Positions 36,519-45,193 of a stretch of DNA of 64,000 nucleotides are shown here, piece by piece. How positions within the stretch are numbered: the first letter of the stretch is position 1; every line of letters begins with the position of its first letter. The notes beneath the pieces were generated by a model. It saw only the letters and a program-made list of their open reading frames with translations. It ran no database searches and was not told where the DNA came from. The DNA comes from Promethearchaeia archaeon (GTDB lineage: Archaea > Asgardarchaeota > Lokiarchaeia > Sigyniarchaeales > SOKP01): assembly GCA_049671145.1 (NCBI GenBank), contig JBATUM010000088.1:13801-77800 (forward strand), written 5' to 3'. The position numbers and the translations under genes are program-made.

Positions 36519-37097
36519 ATGGTAAAAACAGCATTTTTTAAGCAAGAATTGGAAATTCCCAAAGGTGTAAAGGTCACTTTAGGTGGAGGTCACCATATAA
36601 CTGTGAATGGACCAAATGGAGAAATAACAAAAGATTTTTCTCATATAAGAGGAGTTAATGTTTCAATTGAAGAAAATACTATTAAATTTTCATGTTTTTT
36701 CCCTAAAAGCGGTACACTCGCATTAACCAACACAATATTTAACTTAATTAAAAATTTAATTATTGGTGTTCAGACAAATTATAAATATTATTGTAAAATT
36801 GCTTATTCTCACTTTCCTTTTACTGCAGAGGTTAAGTCAAATAAAAAAGAAGTACATGTCATCAACTTTTTAGGAGAGAGAGCTCCAAGAATATCAAAAT
36901 TTTTAGATAATGTAGAAGTAAAGGTTGAGGGAGAAGATATTATCCTAATTGGACCTGATAAAGAAAAGTTAGGACAAACTGCTGCTAATCTTAAAAGATG
37001 CTGCAGAATTAAAAAGAAAGATCCTCGGGTATTTCAAGATGGTATCTACCTTTTTAAAAAACAAGTTGGAGATGAAATTCTCTGGCAAATTAAATAA
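36519..37097 (+). CDS. rpl6: Ribosomal protein uL6
   Basis: 192 aa. IPKGVKVTLGGGHHITVNGPNG, YSHFPFTAEV, and the C-terminal KKDPRVFQDGIYL. Confidence 0.9.
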   Translation: MVKTAFFKQELEIPKGVKVTLGGGHHITVNGPNGEITKDFSHIRGVNVSIEENTIKFSCFFPKSGTLALTNTIFNLIKNLIIGVQTNYKYYCKIAYSHFPFTAEVKSNKKEVHVINFLGERAPRISKFLDNVEVKVEGEDIILIGPDKEKLGQTAANLKRCCRIKKKDPRVFQDGIYLFKKQVGDEILWQIK

Positions 37098-37112
37098 TAT
37101 GGAGAAATAATA

Positions 37113-37592
37113 ATGCAACAAAAAAAATTAGTACAACTCAGACAAAAAATAAAGAAAAAGAGACCCTCATTCAGACGAGTAGAGTCATGGAGATATAAAA
37201 GAGTAAAAGATTCATGGAGAAAAGCTAGAGGTATTGATTCAAAAACAAGGAAAAAGAAAAAAAGTGGAGTTAAATCTCCAACAATAGGTTATAGAAGCCC
37301 TAAAAAAATTAGGGGAATACATCCATCAGGATTTGAAGAAGTAAGAATTTTTACATTAAATGGTTTTGAAGGATTAAGTAATAAAAAACATGCTATTAAA
37401 ATTTCAAGAAGAGTAGGTGCCAAAAAAAGAATTGCGCTAGTTGATTATGCCCAAAAAAGGGGATTTAAAGTACTTAATTTAGGGATATCTCAAAAAGAAT
37501 TAGAAAGTTTAGAATCAATGTTAGAAACATCTCTTGAAGATGAGGAATACCTTGATTTAGAAGATCTAGAAGAATCATTAGATGAGGAATAA
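37113..37592 (+). CDS. rpl32e: Ribosomal protein eL32 with acidic C-terminal tail
   Basis: 159 aa. RPSFRRVESWRYKRVKDSWRKARGIDSK, GYRSPKKIRGIHPSGF. The last ~35 aa are acidic (LESLESMLETSLEDEEYLDLEDLEESLDEE). Confidence 0.9.
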   Translation: MQQKKLVQLRQKIKKKRPSFRRVESWRYKRVKDSWRKARGIDSKTRKKKKSGVKSPTIGYRSPKKIRGIHPSGFEEVRIFTLNGFEGLSNKKHAIKISRRVGAKKRIALVDYAQKRGFKVLNLGISQKELESLESMLETSLEDEEYLDLEDLEESLDEE

Positions 37593-37613
37593 ATAAAATT
37601 TTGGTGAGAATTT

Positions 37614-38069
37614 ATGAGTCTAAAAGCCCAAAAAAGAATGGCAGCAGAAATCTTAAAATGTGGCGAAAATCGGGTCTATTTTGATCCTTATTTAATTGAT
37701 GAGATTCAATTAGCTATAACAAGAGAAGATATTAGGAGTTTAATTAAAGAAGGTATAATAAGAAAAAAATATAAAAAAGGAATCTCAAAATTTAGGAAAA
37801 AGTTACATCATCAGAAGAAGAAAAAAGGAAGGGCTAGGGGTTTAGGAAAGAGAAAGGGGTCTAAATATGCTAGAAGTCCAAAGAAAAAAGCCTGGATGAA
37901 GAGGATCCGCCCTCAAAGAAGAGAATTAAAAAAATTGAGAGATCGAAAATTAATTACAGCTGCTATTTATCGAAAATTATATAAAAATGCTAAAGGTGGA
38001 ATGTTTAACAGCGTTGCTCAGATGAATCGGTACATTAGAGAGAAAGAATTATTAAGAAGAGGAAGGTAA
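37614..38069 (+). CDS. rpl19e: Ribosomal protein eL19
   Basis: 151 aa. LKAQKRMAAEILKCGENRVYFDP, KGRARGLGKRKGSKYAR. Confidence 0.9.
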   Translation: MSLKAQKRMAAEILKCGENRVYFDPYLIDEIQLAITREDIRSLIKEGIIRKKYKKGISKFRKKLHHQKKKKGRARGLGKRKGSKYARSPKKKAWMKRIRPQRRELKKLRDRKLITAAIYRKLYKNAKGGMFNSVAQMNRYIREKELLRRGR

Positions 38070-38071
38070 TA

Positions 38072-38665
38072 ATGGCTAAAGGACCAATATATAGAAGAGC
38101 GTTTAGAAGAAGAGTAGTTGGCAAAACAGATTATCATAGGAGATTAAAGTTACTTAAATCAAAAAAATTAAGAATTGTAATAAGAGCATCAAATAACCAT
38201 ATAATTGTTCAACTTATTCAATCTAAAATTGGAGGAGATAAAGTCTTATCTTCTGCATTTTCTAAAGAATTAAAAGATAAATTTGGCTGGAAAGCAAGTA
38301 CAGGTAATATTCCTGCTGCGTATTTAACGGGATATCTTGCAGGCTTAAGAACTAAGAAAAAAGATATTTCAGAAGCAATTCTTGATTTAGGAATATTCTA
38401 TCATCGTAATAGATTACTTGCGGCATCTAAAGGGATAATAGATGCTGGTTTAGAAGTTCCATATAATGAAAAATTCTTTCCAGAAAACTTGGAAGAAAGA
38501 ATCAAGGGTGAACATATCGAAAAGTATGCTAATATTTTAAAAAATGAAAATCCTGAAAAATATGAGAAAATATTTTCAGGTTATTTAAATAAAGTAAAAA
38601 TAAATCCATTAAAAGTTAGTCAAATGTTTTCCTCGACATTGAAAGCAATGGAAAATAGTGTTTAA
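38072..38665 (+). CDS. rpl18: Ribosomal protein uL18
   Basis: 197 aa. RRRVVGKTDYHRRLKLLKS.KLRIVIRASNNHIIVQL, GNIPAAYLTGYLAG. Confidence 0.9.
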   Translation: MAKGPIYRRAFRRRVVGKTDYHRRLKLLKSKKLRIVIRASNNHIIVQLIQSKIGGDKVLSSAFSKELKDKFGWKASTGNIPAAYLTGYLAGLRTKKKDISEAILDLGIFYHRNRLLAASKGIIDAGLEVPYNEKFFPENLEERIKGEHIEKYANILKNENPEKYEKIFSGYLNKVKINPLKVSQMFSSTLKAMENSV

Positions 38666-38679
38666 ATTAGTGAGCTAAT

Positions 38680-39294
38680 ATGAGTCGATTAAGAAATATT
38701 GAAGAATCATGGGTTCCAAGGACGCGCCTTGGTGAGCTTGTTAAGCAGGGATTGATTACCCTAGATAAAATATTTGCAAATAATCTTGTTGTTAAGGAGA
38801 AAGAAATAATAGATGTTCTTCTCCCACAATTACGTGAAGATGTTGTAAAAATAGCTATGGTTCAGCAAATGACTGCTAGTGGTCAGCGATCTAAATTCAA
38901 GGCAGTGGTGCTTGTGGGTGCCGAAGGATTTATAGGTGTAGGGGCCGCTAAGAGTCGTGAAGTGGGTCCTGCGATAAGGAAAGCAATTGGTAAAGCTAAA
39001 TTAACTGTTATTCCTATTCTTCGAGGATGTGGTAGTAAGGAATGTGGATGTGGAGGTACCCATAGCATTCCATTTAAATTAAATGGCAAATGTGGTTCAG
39101 TCAGAATTCAGCTCATTCCTGCTCCAGCAGGAGTAGGATTAGCATGTGCAGATAAGGTAAAACAATTATTACGATTAGCTGGTATTGAAGATATATGGAG
39201 TAAAACATTTGGTGATACTAGGACAAGTGAAAATTTAGTTAAAGCTACATTTAATGCCCTAAAAAATGCTCATAAATTTAGTTTCAATTTATAA
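38680..39294 (+). CDS. rps5: Ribosomal protein uS5
   Basis: 204 aa. WVPRTRLG..V, GQRSKFKAVVLVGAEGFIGVGAAKSREVGPAIRKA, GVGLACADKVKQLLRLAGIEDIW. Confidence 0.9.
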   Translation: MSRLRNIEESWVPRTRLGELVKQGLITLDKIFANNLVVKEKEIIDVLLPQLREDVVKIAMVQQMTASGQRSKFKAVVLVGAEGFIGVGAAKSREVGPAIRKAIGKAKLTVIPILRGCGSKECGCGGTHSIPFKLNGKCGSVRIQLIPAPAGVGLACADKVKQLLRLAGIEDIWSKTFGDTRTSENLVKATFNALKNAHKFSFNL

Positions 39295-39301
39295 ATAATA
39301 A

Positions 39302-39847
39302 GTGGTTAATATGATGGCTAAAAACGAGTCAATTACAAAAAAGAAACCGAAAATTAAAGAATCGCGACCTCCAGTATTATATTTTGCTATTAGAATAAGA
39401 GGCGCTCCCGGAATGAGAAGAACTATTCTTAATACTCTACAAATGCTAAGACTGCATAAGGTAAATCATGGTGTTCTTATTTGGGGAGAAAAAAGTTATA
39501 TGGGAATGCTCAATAAATGTAAAGATTATATCTCTTATGGGGAAATTGATGAGAAAACACTAATCAGACTTTTGAGAGTAAGAGGGAGAGTAGAAGGAAA
39601 TAAACCACTTAAAGATGAAAATATTGAGAATTTGACAAAATACAAAAGTATCAAAGATATTGCTAAAGCTTTATTGAAGGGTGAAATACAATATAAAACC
39701 AAAGACATGAATAAAATTAAACCTGTATTTCGATTGCATCCTCCCCGAAAAGGTTATCGAGGTTCTATCAAAAAGCATTATGGAGAAGGCGGTAGTTTAG
39801 GATATGTTCGAAGTTTTATAAATGAATTAATCCATAAGATGATTTAA
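39302..39847 (+). CDS. rpl30: Ribosomal protein uL30 (L7e-type)
   Basis: 181 aa. YFAIRIRGAPGMRRTILNTLQMLRLHKVNHGVLI. GTG start; ATG at 39311/39314 is possible. Confidence 0.85.
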   Translation: MVNMMAKNESITKKKPKIKESRPPVLYFAIRIRGAPGMRRTILNTLQMLRLHKVNHGVLIWGEKSYMGMLNKCKDYISYGEIDEKTLIRLLRVRGRVEGNKPLKDENIENLTKYKSIKDIAKALLKGEIQYKTKDMNKIKPVFRLHPPRKGYRGSIKKHYGEGGSLGYVRSFINELIHKMI

Positions 39848-39867
39848 AGATTAAAGGTGTAATAAAT

Positions 39868-40347
39868 ATGAGAAAATTTTCAAAAAAAATAAGAAAAAAG
39901 AGAGGAACTCGAACATGTGGCTATGGTAGAGTAGGACAACACCGTAAAACTGGACAAAGAGCAGGTCGCGGAAAAACTACTCAGTGGAAAAAAAGCAAAA
40001 AATCTTATTATCTTAAACAAAAAGAACTAGGTTTTCCTGATCCTGATTGGAAAATGGGCAAAAAAGGTTTTAAAAGACCCCAAGATATAACACGCATTTA
40101 TAAAACCAATACTCTAAATATCAAAGATTTAGATCAAAAAATTGATAAATTAGTACTAGAAAATATTGCATCTAAAACTGGAAATACCTATATTATTAAT
40201 TTAAATGACGTTAATATTCAAAAAATTTTAGGTCGCGGAGAAATTAATAAAAAGATTAATGTCTCTGTCAAGAGAGCCTCAAAACAGGCCATGGAAAAAA
40301 TAGAGGCTGCTGGGGGTAAAATAACACTTTTACTTGAAACAGAGTAA
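39868..40347 (+). CDS. rpl15: Ribosomal protein uL15
   Basis: 159 aa. KKRGTRTCGYGRVGQHRKTGQRAGRGK and the C-terminal KQAMEKIEAAGGKI. Confidence 0.9.
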   Translation: MRKFSKKIRKKRGTRTCGYGRVGQHRKTGQRAGRGKTTQWKKSKKSYYLKQKELGFPDPDWKMGKKGFKRPQDITRIYKTNTLNIKDLDQKIDKLVLENIASKTGNTYIINLNDVNIQKILGRGEINKKINVSVKRASKQAMEKIEAAGGKITLLLETE

Positions 40348-40349
40348 TA

Positions 40350-40355
40350 TTTTTT
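40350..40355 (+). terminator. T6 tract immediately after uL15 (end of the r-protein operon)
   Basis: TAATATTTTTTCC; an oligo-T lies 3 nt after the stop, and the next gene is convergent. Confidence 0.3.
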
Positions 40356-40387
40356 CCTTTATTATTAATTATTTAGTTTAATTTACT

Positions 40388-41050
40388 CTAATCTAATAAC
40401 TTATAAATTAAACTAGTTAATCCTGGCAAAATAAAGATAAATTCTAGGGTATTCCCAATTAAATGTACTGTAGTAAAAGGAATTCCATAAATATATGAAA
40501 CTATAAAAAATTCTAAGCTAAAAGAAACTATAAATGCCCCTGCTAAGGTGCTAATGATATCATAAATAAATGTGATTAAGGCTCCAATCAACCCTAGAAA
40601 AGCCATTAATCGAAATGAATATAAATCTTCTTTTGGCTTAAAATCTTCTTTTTTGAGCAGATAACCTCTTGTAATGCCACCAATCAAACCGGTTAAAGAA
40701 TAATGAATAATTTGATAAATAAAAAGAGGTACTGGTGAAGTTCCATAAGGATTAAAAAATACAAAAATAAAAGAACTTAAAAGACCAATAATTAAACCAT
40801 CTCTTTTACCTAATATAAAACCTCCTAAAAAAATCATAAAAGTGAATAATTCTACATTTGGAATAGCAGCTAATGCATATCCTAGAACTACTGCTAATGC
40901 TGAAAAAGTACTAACTAAAACTATTCGAAATGATTTCTTTTTAAGCCATATTGAGCCATTGTAATTTTCTGTTTTATCTTTTTTAACCATTTCTTCATAA
41001 TTTAAAGACTTCTCAGAACCTATGCCATTATACTTAGTTTTAAGTTCCAT
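40388..41050 (-). CDS. ECF-transporter S-component-like membrane protein
   Basis: 220 aa, about 6 TM. The pattern IVLVSTFSALAVVLGYALAAIPNVELFTFMIFLGGFILGKRDG resembles ECF substrate-capture subunits (by eye). Confidence 0.4.
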   Translation of the reverse strand: MELKTKYNGIGSEKSLNYEEMVKKDKTENYNGSIWLKKKSFRIVLVSTFSALAVVLGYALAAIPNVELFTFMIFLGGFILGKRDGLIIGLLSSFIFVFFNPYGTSPVPLFIYQIIHYSLTGLIGGITRGYLLKKEDFKPKEDLYSFRLMAFLGLIGALITFIYDIISTLAGAFIVSFSLEFFIVSYIYGIPFTTVHLIGNTLEFIFILPGLTSLIYKLLD

Positions 41051-41223
41051 AATATGAGATTAATGTAGTATAAAATTCCTATATTTAAAATTATTTTAAA
41101 TTATATAAAGTTAATGTAAAAAGTTAAATACTATTGAAAATTCTTAAAAAATAATAAAAATATGTAGGACAAGTTTCCTACTATTCCTTTTTTTACAAAA
41201 GTGTAAATAATCATTTAAAAAAT

Positions 41224-42615
41224 ATGAAAAATACAAAATTTTCAATGGGTTTAATAACATTTTTTATGATTTTTCAAGGATTACTATCCTTTTCTATTCA
41301 GAACGTAAAAGGAAATGGAATAGTACCACCGCAATATTCTGAAGAATTGGACTTGAATGGCGAATATATATATAATGTTTTAGATTTTGGCGAAGATTCG
41401 AATTGGATTAATTTTTCAGATAATTCTGAAGGGGAATGGTCGACTAATATTAGCGATAAGATAAGGATTAATATTACTGGTTTTTATAATCGAGATCCAA
41501 ATGATGTAGTAGGAGACACATTTTCTGATACAGATATGCCCTGGTTTGATATTGAAATATTTAAAGAGACAAATCTAAATTTTACTCTTTTTAATGTTTC
41601 TAATAGTGAACTAGCGAGAAATTTAAAATTAGGATTTTCTGGATTTCAATCTGGATTTTTAATCCCAAATAATCAAACTGACTGGATAAAAGCTAATGCA
41701 ACTTTAGAAGCCAACGGAGCATCAGATTTAACAGCAGATCTTACAATGGAAGAAACTTATAATTTCTTATATTTTAGATTTGATCAATATGGTGAAATTC
41801 AAAATCAAAAAACTGAATTAATTTATGACAAGAAAACGGGATTATTAGTAAAAGCTAATACTACTTTAGGAGACTTTAAACTTGCTTTATCCTTAACGAA
41901 TTATACTTTAGACATTGAAACTGAATATAAGTATAATGTCAATACTTTTGAGCCTTTAGGTTGGGCAATTTGGACAGACTTATGGGGAAATTATAAAGAT
42001 ATATATGCTACCGGTTCAGAGCGTGGATGGGTATTAGTTAACTTTACAGGATTTTATCATCGAGATCCGTTACTATGGGATCCAGATCCTTTTAAATACG
42101 CAGGTGGAAGACCATGGTTAGATATTAAAGTCGTCTATCAAGGTGATGTTAGGACAGATATCACGATGCAAATGGATAATATTTCAGATTCAGAATGTGC
42201 TAATAATTTATTAATTTCCTTTCCTGGATTTTTATCTGGATTTTTATTACCCACAGTAAATAATGAGACCTATGATATTGAGGCAGAAGTTATAGCAGCT
42301 TCCTGGTTTACAGTCGATCGAGAATTTACATATGAGGAGACTGATTTAACAATTAGTATGTATTTTATATGCGGAGGGTCTTTTCCGCAAGAGACAAGGC
42401 TAATTTATGAAAAAATAACCGGTATATTATTATATGTAGATACGTTGGGACAAAATTACCATCTTGAAATGAATATAGAAAATTATGAACTAGATCAAAA
42501 CGGTGTTGATACATCTTCAGAAATACCTTCATTCTCTTTGATTGTTATAGTGAGTATAGTTTTAGCAACAACGTTAATAATTATTAAAATCAATAAAAAA
42601 AAGATGAAACAATAA
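41224..42615 (+). CDS. Secreted, C-terminally anchored surface protein built from an internal tandem duplication
   Basis: 463 aa. N-terminal signal-like helix; C-terminal TM plus basic tail (IIIKINKKKMKQ). Two ~200-aa repeats (about 41329-41898 and 41899-42546) share INITGFYNRDP/VNFTGFYHRDP, PWFDIEI/PWLDIKV, GFSGFQSGFLIPNN/SFPGFLSGFLLPTVNN and ELIYDKKTGLL/RLIYEKITGIL. Many N-x-S/T sequons. Confidence 0.6.
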   Translation: MKNTKFSMGLITFFMIFQGLLSFSIQNVKGNGIVPPQYSEELDLNGEYIYNVLDFGEDSNWINFSDNSEGEWSTNISDKIRINITGFYNRDPNDVVGDTFSDTDMPWFDIEIFKETNLNFTLFNVSNSELARNLKLGFSGFQSGFLIPNNQTDWIKANATLEANGASDLTADLTMEETYNFLYFRFDQYGEIQNQKTELIYDKKTGLLVKANTTLGDFKLALSLTNYTLDIETEYKYNVNTFEPLGWAIWTDLWGNYKDIYATGSERGWVLVNFTGFYHRDPLLWDPDPFKYAGGRPWLDIKVVYQGDVRTDITMQMDNISDSECANNLLISFPGFLSGFLLPTVNNETYDIEAEVIAASWFTVDREFTYEETDLTISMYFICGGSFPQETRLIYEKITGILLYVDTLGQNYHLEMNIENYELDQNGVDTSSEIPSFSLIVIVSIVLATTLIIIKINKKKMKQ

Positions 42616-42644
42616 AATTATATTTTTATTTTATGGTAATATAG

Positions 42645-43070
42645 ATGAAAAAAAAACTTAAATTTGCGATTATCACGCTAATTGGAATTTCAAGTTTCAC
42701 AGTTTTAATCTTATATAGTTTTGGGTTCTTCCCATTTTTAAATCCAAATCAAGGTGGATACAATACAGGGAGGGATACAGCCTTACCGGAAGTTTTCAAT
42801 ATTAGTTTAACTGTAGAATATGTTACTCAACCAACTCAGACATGGGAGAATATTTCTTTATATGATTATGATACAACTGTTTTAGATGCACTGCGAGAAA
42901 AATGTACTGTAGAATTCTCCTACTTTAGTAATGGAGCTTTAGTTATAGGGATAGATGGCGTTAATGGGGATTGGATTTATTATGTTAATGATATGTTTGC
43001 CGGAGTTGGAGCAGCAGATTTTCATTTGAATCATGGGGATAAAATCTACTGGAAACATGTAAATACATAA
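42645..43070 (+). CDS. DUF4430-like secreted/anchored protein
   Basis: 141 aa, N-terminal TM. TVLDALREK..VEF...NGALVIGIDGVNGDWIYYVNDMFAGVGAADFHLNHGDKIYW matches the DUF4430 (transcobalamin-like) pattern. Confidence 0.55.
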   Translation: MKKKLKFAIITLIGISSFTVLILYSFGFFPFLNPNQGGYNTGRDTALPEVFNISLTVEYVTQPTQTWENISLYDYDTTVLDALREKCTVEFSYFSNGALVIGIDGVNGDWIYYVNDMFAGVGAADFHLNHGDKIYWKHVNT

Positions 43071-43108
43071 TAAGATTTAAAAATTCTTTTACAAAATTAG
43101 GTTTTTCA

Positions 43109-43531
43109 TTATTTAGTTTCAATTTTCTTTAAAACAGGTTCCATTTCTTTGAAAGATTTGCGAATTTTATGAAAGTAATAGCCTAACTTATAGCCTTTTT
43201 TACAATTAGTAAAAAGCATGAAATTATTTTCAGCATCACCAACAATAATAATTGTATATCCCTTTACGCCTCTAATCACGATTTCTCTTAATTCACCTTG
43301 ACCAAGTCCAGTACTTATCTTTTCTCCTAAGGAAATTAAAGTTGCGGGACTTGCGCTATATACATCAGCAACGATATCAGCAGTTTCAGAACTAGCAATT
43401 CGCAATCCTGTTTTTGATACTAAAGCAGTTCCTTCAAGATCTGTGGAACTCTCTAATTGTTCTAAATTACGCATTAACTCATCTAGAATTTCTTGATCGA
43501 TATCAATTTCAGAAGTATGTATTCCTTCCAT
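43109..43531 (-). CDS. Roadblock/LC7 (MglB-like) domain protein
   Basis: 140 aa. LEGTALVSKTGLRIASS...YSASPATLISLGEKIS...LREIVIRGVKGYTIIIVG is the typical Roadblock alpha-beta-alpha pattern. The start is 27 nt downstream of the selB stop on the same strand. Confidence 0.65.
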   Translation of the reverse strand: MEGIHTSEIDIDQEILDELMRNLEQLESSTDLEGTALVSKTGLRIASSETADIVADVYSASPATLISLGEKISTGLGQGELREIVIRGVKGYTIIIVGDAENNFMLFTNCKKGYKLGYYFHKIRKSFKEMEPVLKKIETK

Positions 43532-43558
43532 TATTACTACCTCAGTTAATAATATAAA

Positions 43559-45010
43559 TTAATTTTGAACATTTAAATCTTTTTTAGATTTCAATTTAAA
43601 ACTTCTTAATTCTTTCAAAATGACGTTATCCCCTTTTTTTATAATATTTTTAACACTTAAAATCCCCACAATTACAGATCCTTTTGTTCCAAATGGACTA
43701 GTAATTTTTGTAAAAGGAGGCTCTAATTTTCGCCCTACAATTTTTTTAGCGCCTATTAGACTTTGTGCTAAACCACTAGAAATTATACCTTGAGCATGTG
43801 TTGGATTTTGGATAATCCCCTTTTTTATTTTATATTTATAAAGTAATGGCGGTTCTTGATGTATTTTTGTTAACTCTGCCGATCCCAATATCCTTAAAGT
43901 TGTTGGAGGCAAATCTAATCGACTTAATAACATGATAGTTTTTTCTTTACCAATTAAGATTCTCTCATTTAACCATAAAAAAGCTCGAAAATTATTTAAA
44001 TCATTTTTTATGCTCATTTGAATTTTCTTTCCGTTGAATTCATAATAAGGGTATATAAATCCTGCTGTAGTAAACATTCCTATTGTTACATGGAGTTGAG
44101 TACCAAAATGGGTTTCTGCTTTAAATAATTTGTTTTTATTTACTTTCACTTCAATTAAATCACAGTAATCAAAAGCACCTTTATTGTCTGTTGCATAACA
44201 CCCCCTGTATATCTTCTTTGCGTCCAATCCTTTAATATTAATCCCAATTCTATCACCCGCTTTTGCGATTTTTACTTCTTGATGAAAGATTTGAATTGAT
44301 TTAACTCTCCCTGAAATTCCTAAAGGCATTATATATATTTTTTGATTTAATTCTAATTTCCCCCTTAATAATGTGCCCGTTATTATTGTCCCTCTCCCTT
44401 TTATCGAAAAATGGTGATCTATGGGTATTTTGATACTCCCTCTGAGTTCTCTTTTTATTTCAAGACCTTTAATTTTTTCTAGTATTCCACCTTTTAATTT
44501 TTCAAATCCTATTTTTTCTTTGGCAGATACTGCAAATATAGGTATTTGTGCACCATAAGATGTTGATTGAAAGAAATTTCTTGTTTTTTCCATTTCCTGC
44601 TTCATATCACCTTTAAATAGGTCTATTTTATTAAGTACAACTATGATATCTTTAATATTTAACGCCTCTACCATTATTAAATGCTCACCGGTTTGAACTT
44701 GAGGTCCTTTATTAATGTCTATCACGATTATAGCGCAATCAATTATTTCTACCGAAGAAGCACTTATTTTTATTAAATCTGCATGACCAGGACCATCAAC
44801 CAATGATACTAAATAATCATCCAATACAAAACTTGAAAACCCTAAATCGATAGTTATACCTCTTTGTTTACTTTGTGGATGAGCATCAATCCCAGCAGTC
44901 GATATTATTTCACTTAACACAGAAGCTATCGCAGTTTTACCACAATCAATGTGTCCAAACAATCCAATATGGATCGGAATTAATTTCTCAACGTCAATCA
45001 TAAGAATCAC
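43559..45010 (-). CDS. selB: Selenocysteine-specific elongation factor SelB (archaeal type)
   Basis: 483 aa. G1 GHIDCGKT, QSKQRGITIDLGFSSF, G3 DGPGHADLI, GPQVQTGEHL, G4 NKIDL. These closely parallel methanogen SelB as I recall it (ESQKRGITIDIGFSAF..DAPGHADLI..GPKTQTGEH). The size fits aSelB. tRNA-Sec and SepSecS lie 4 kb away. Confidence 0.8.
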   Translation of the reverse strand: MILMIDVEKLIPIHIGLFGHIDCGKTAIASVLSEIISTAGIDAHPQSKQRGITIDLGFSSFVLDDYLVSLVDGPGHADLIKISASSVEIIDCAIIVIDINKGPQVQTGEHLIMVEALNIKDIIVVLNKIDLFKGDMKQEMEKTRNFFQSTSYGAQIPIFAVSAKEKIGFEKLKGGILEKIKGLEIKRELRGSIKIPIDHHFSIKGRGTIITGTLLRGKLELNQKIYIMPLGISGRVKSIQIFHQEVKIAKAGDRIGINIKGLDAKKIYRGCYATDNKGAFDYCDLIEVKVNKNKLFKAETHFGTQLHVTIGMFTTAGFIYPYYEFNGKKIQMSIKNDLNNFRAFLWLNERILIGKEKTIMLLSRLDLPPTTLRILGSAELTKIHQEPPLLYKYKIKKGIIQNPTHAQGIISSGLAQSLIGAKKIVGRKLEPPFTKITSPFGTKGSVIVGILSVKNIIKKGDNVILKELRSFKLKSKKDLNVQN

Positions 45011-45193
45011 TATAGGGATAAAAAGCGACTATATGTTTCTTTTAAGATTAGAAAAGTAAAACATTTTCCTATATTTTTAATTAATCTTTTAAATATTGGA
45101 CTCCAATAAAATTTAATTAAATAGAATTTACTTTTAAACATAATATCAACTTTTTAAAATTTATAATAAAATAATATTGATTGTGAGATAAGA

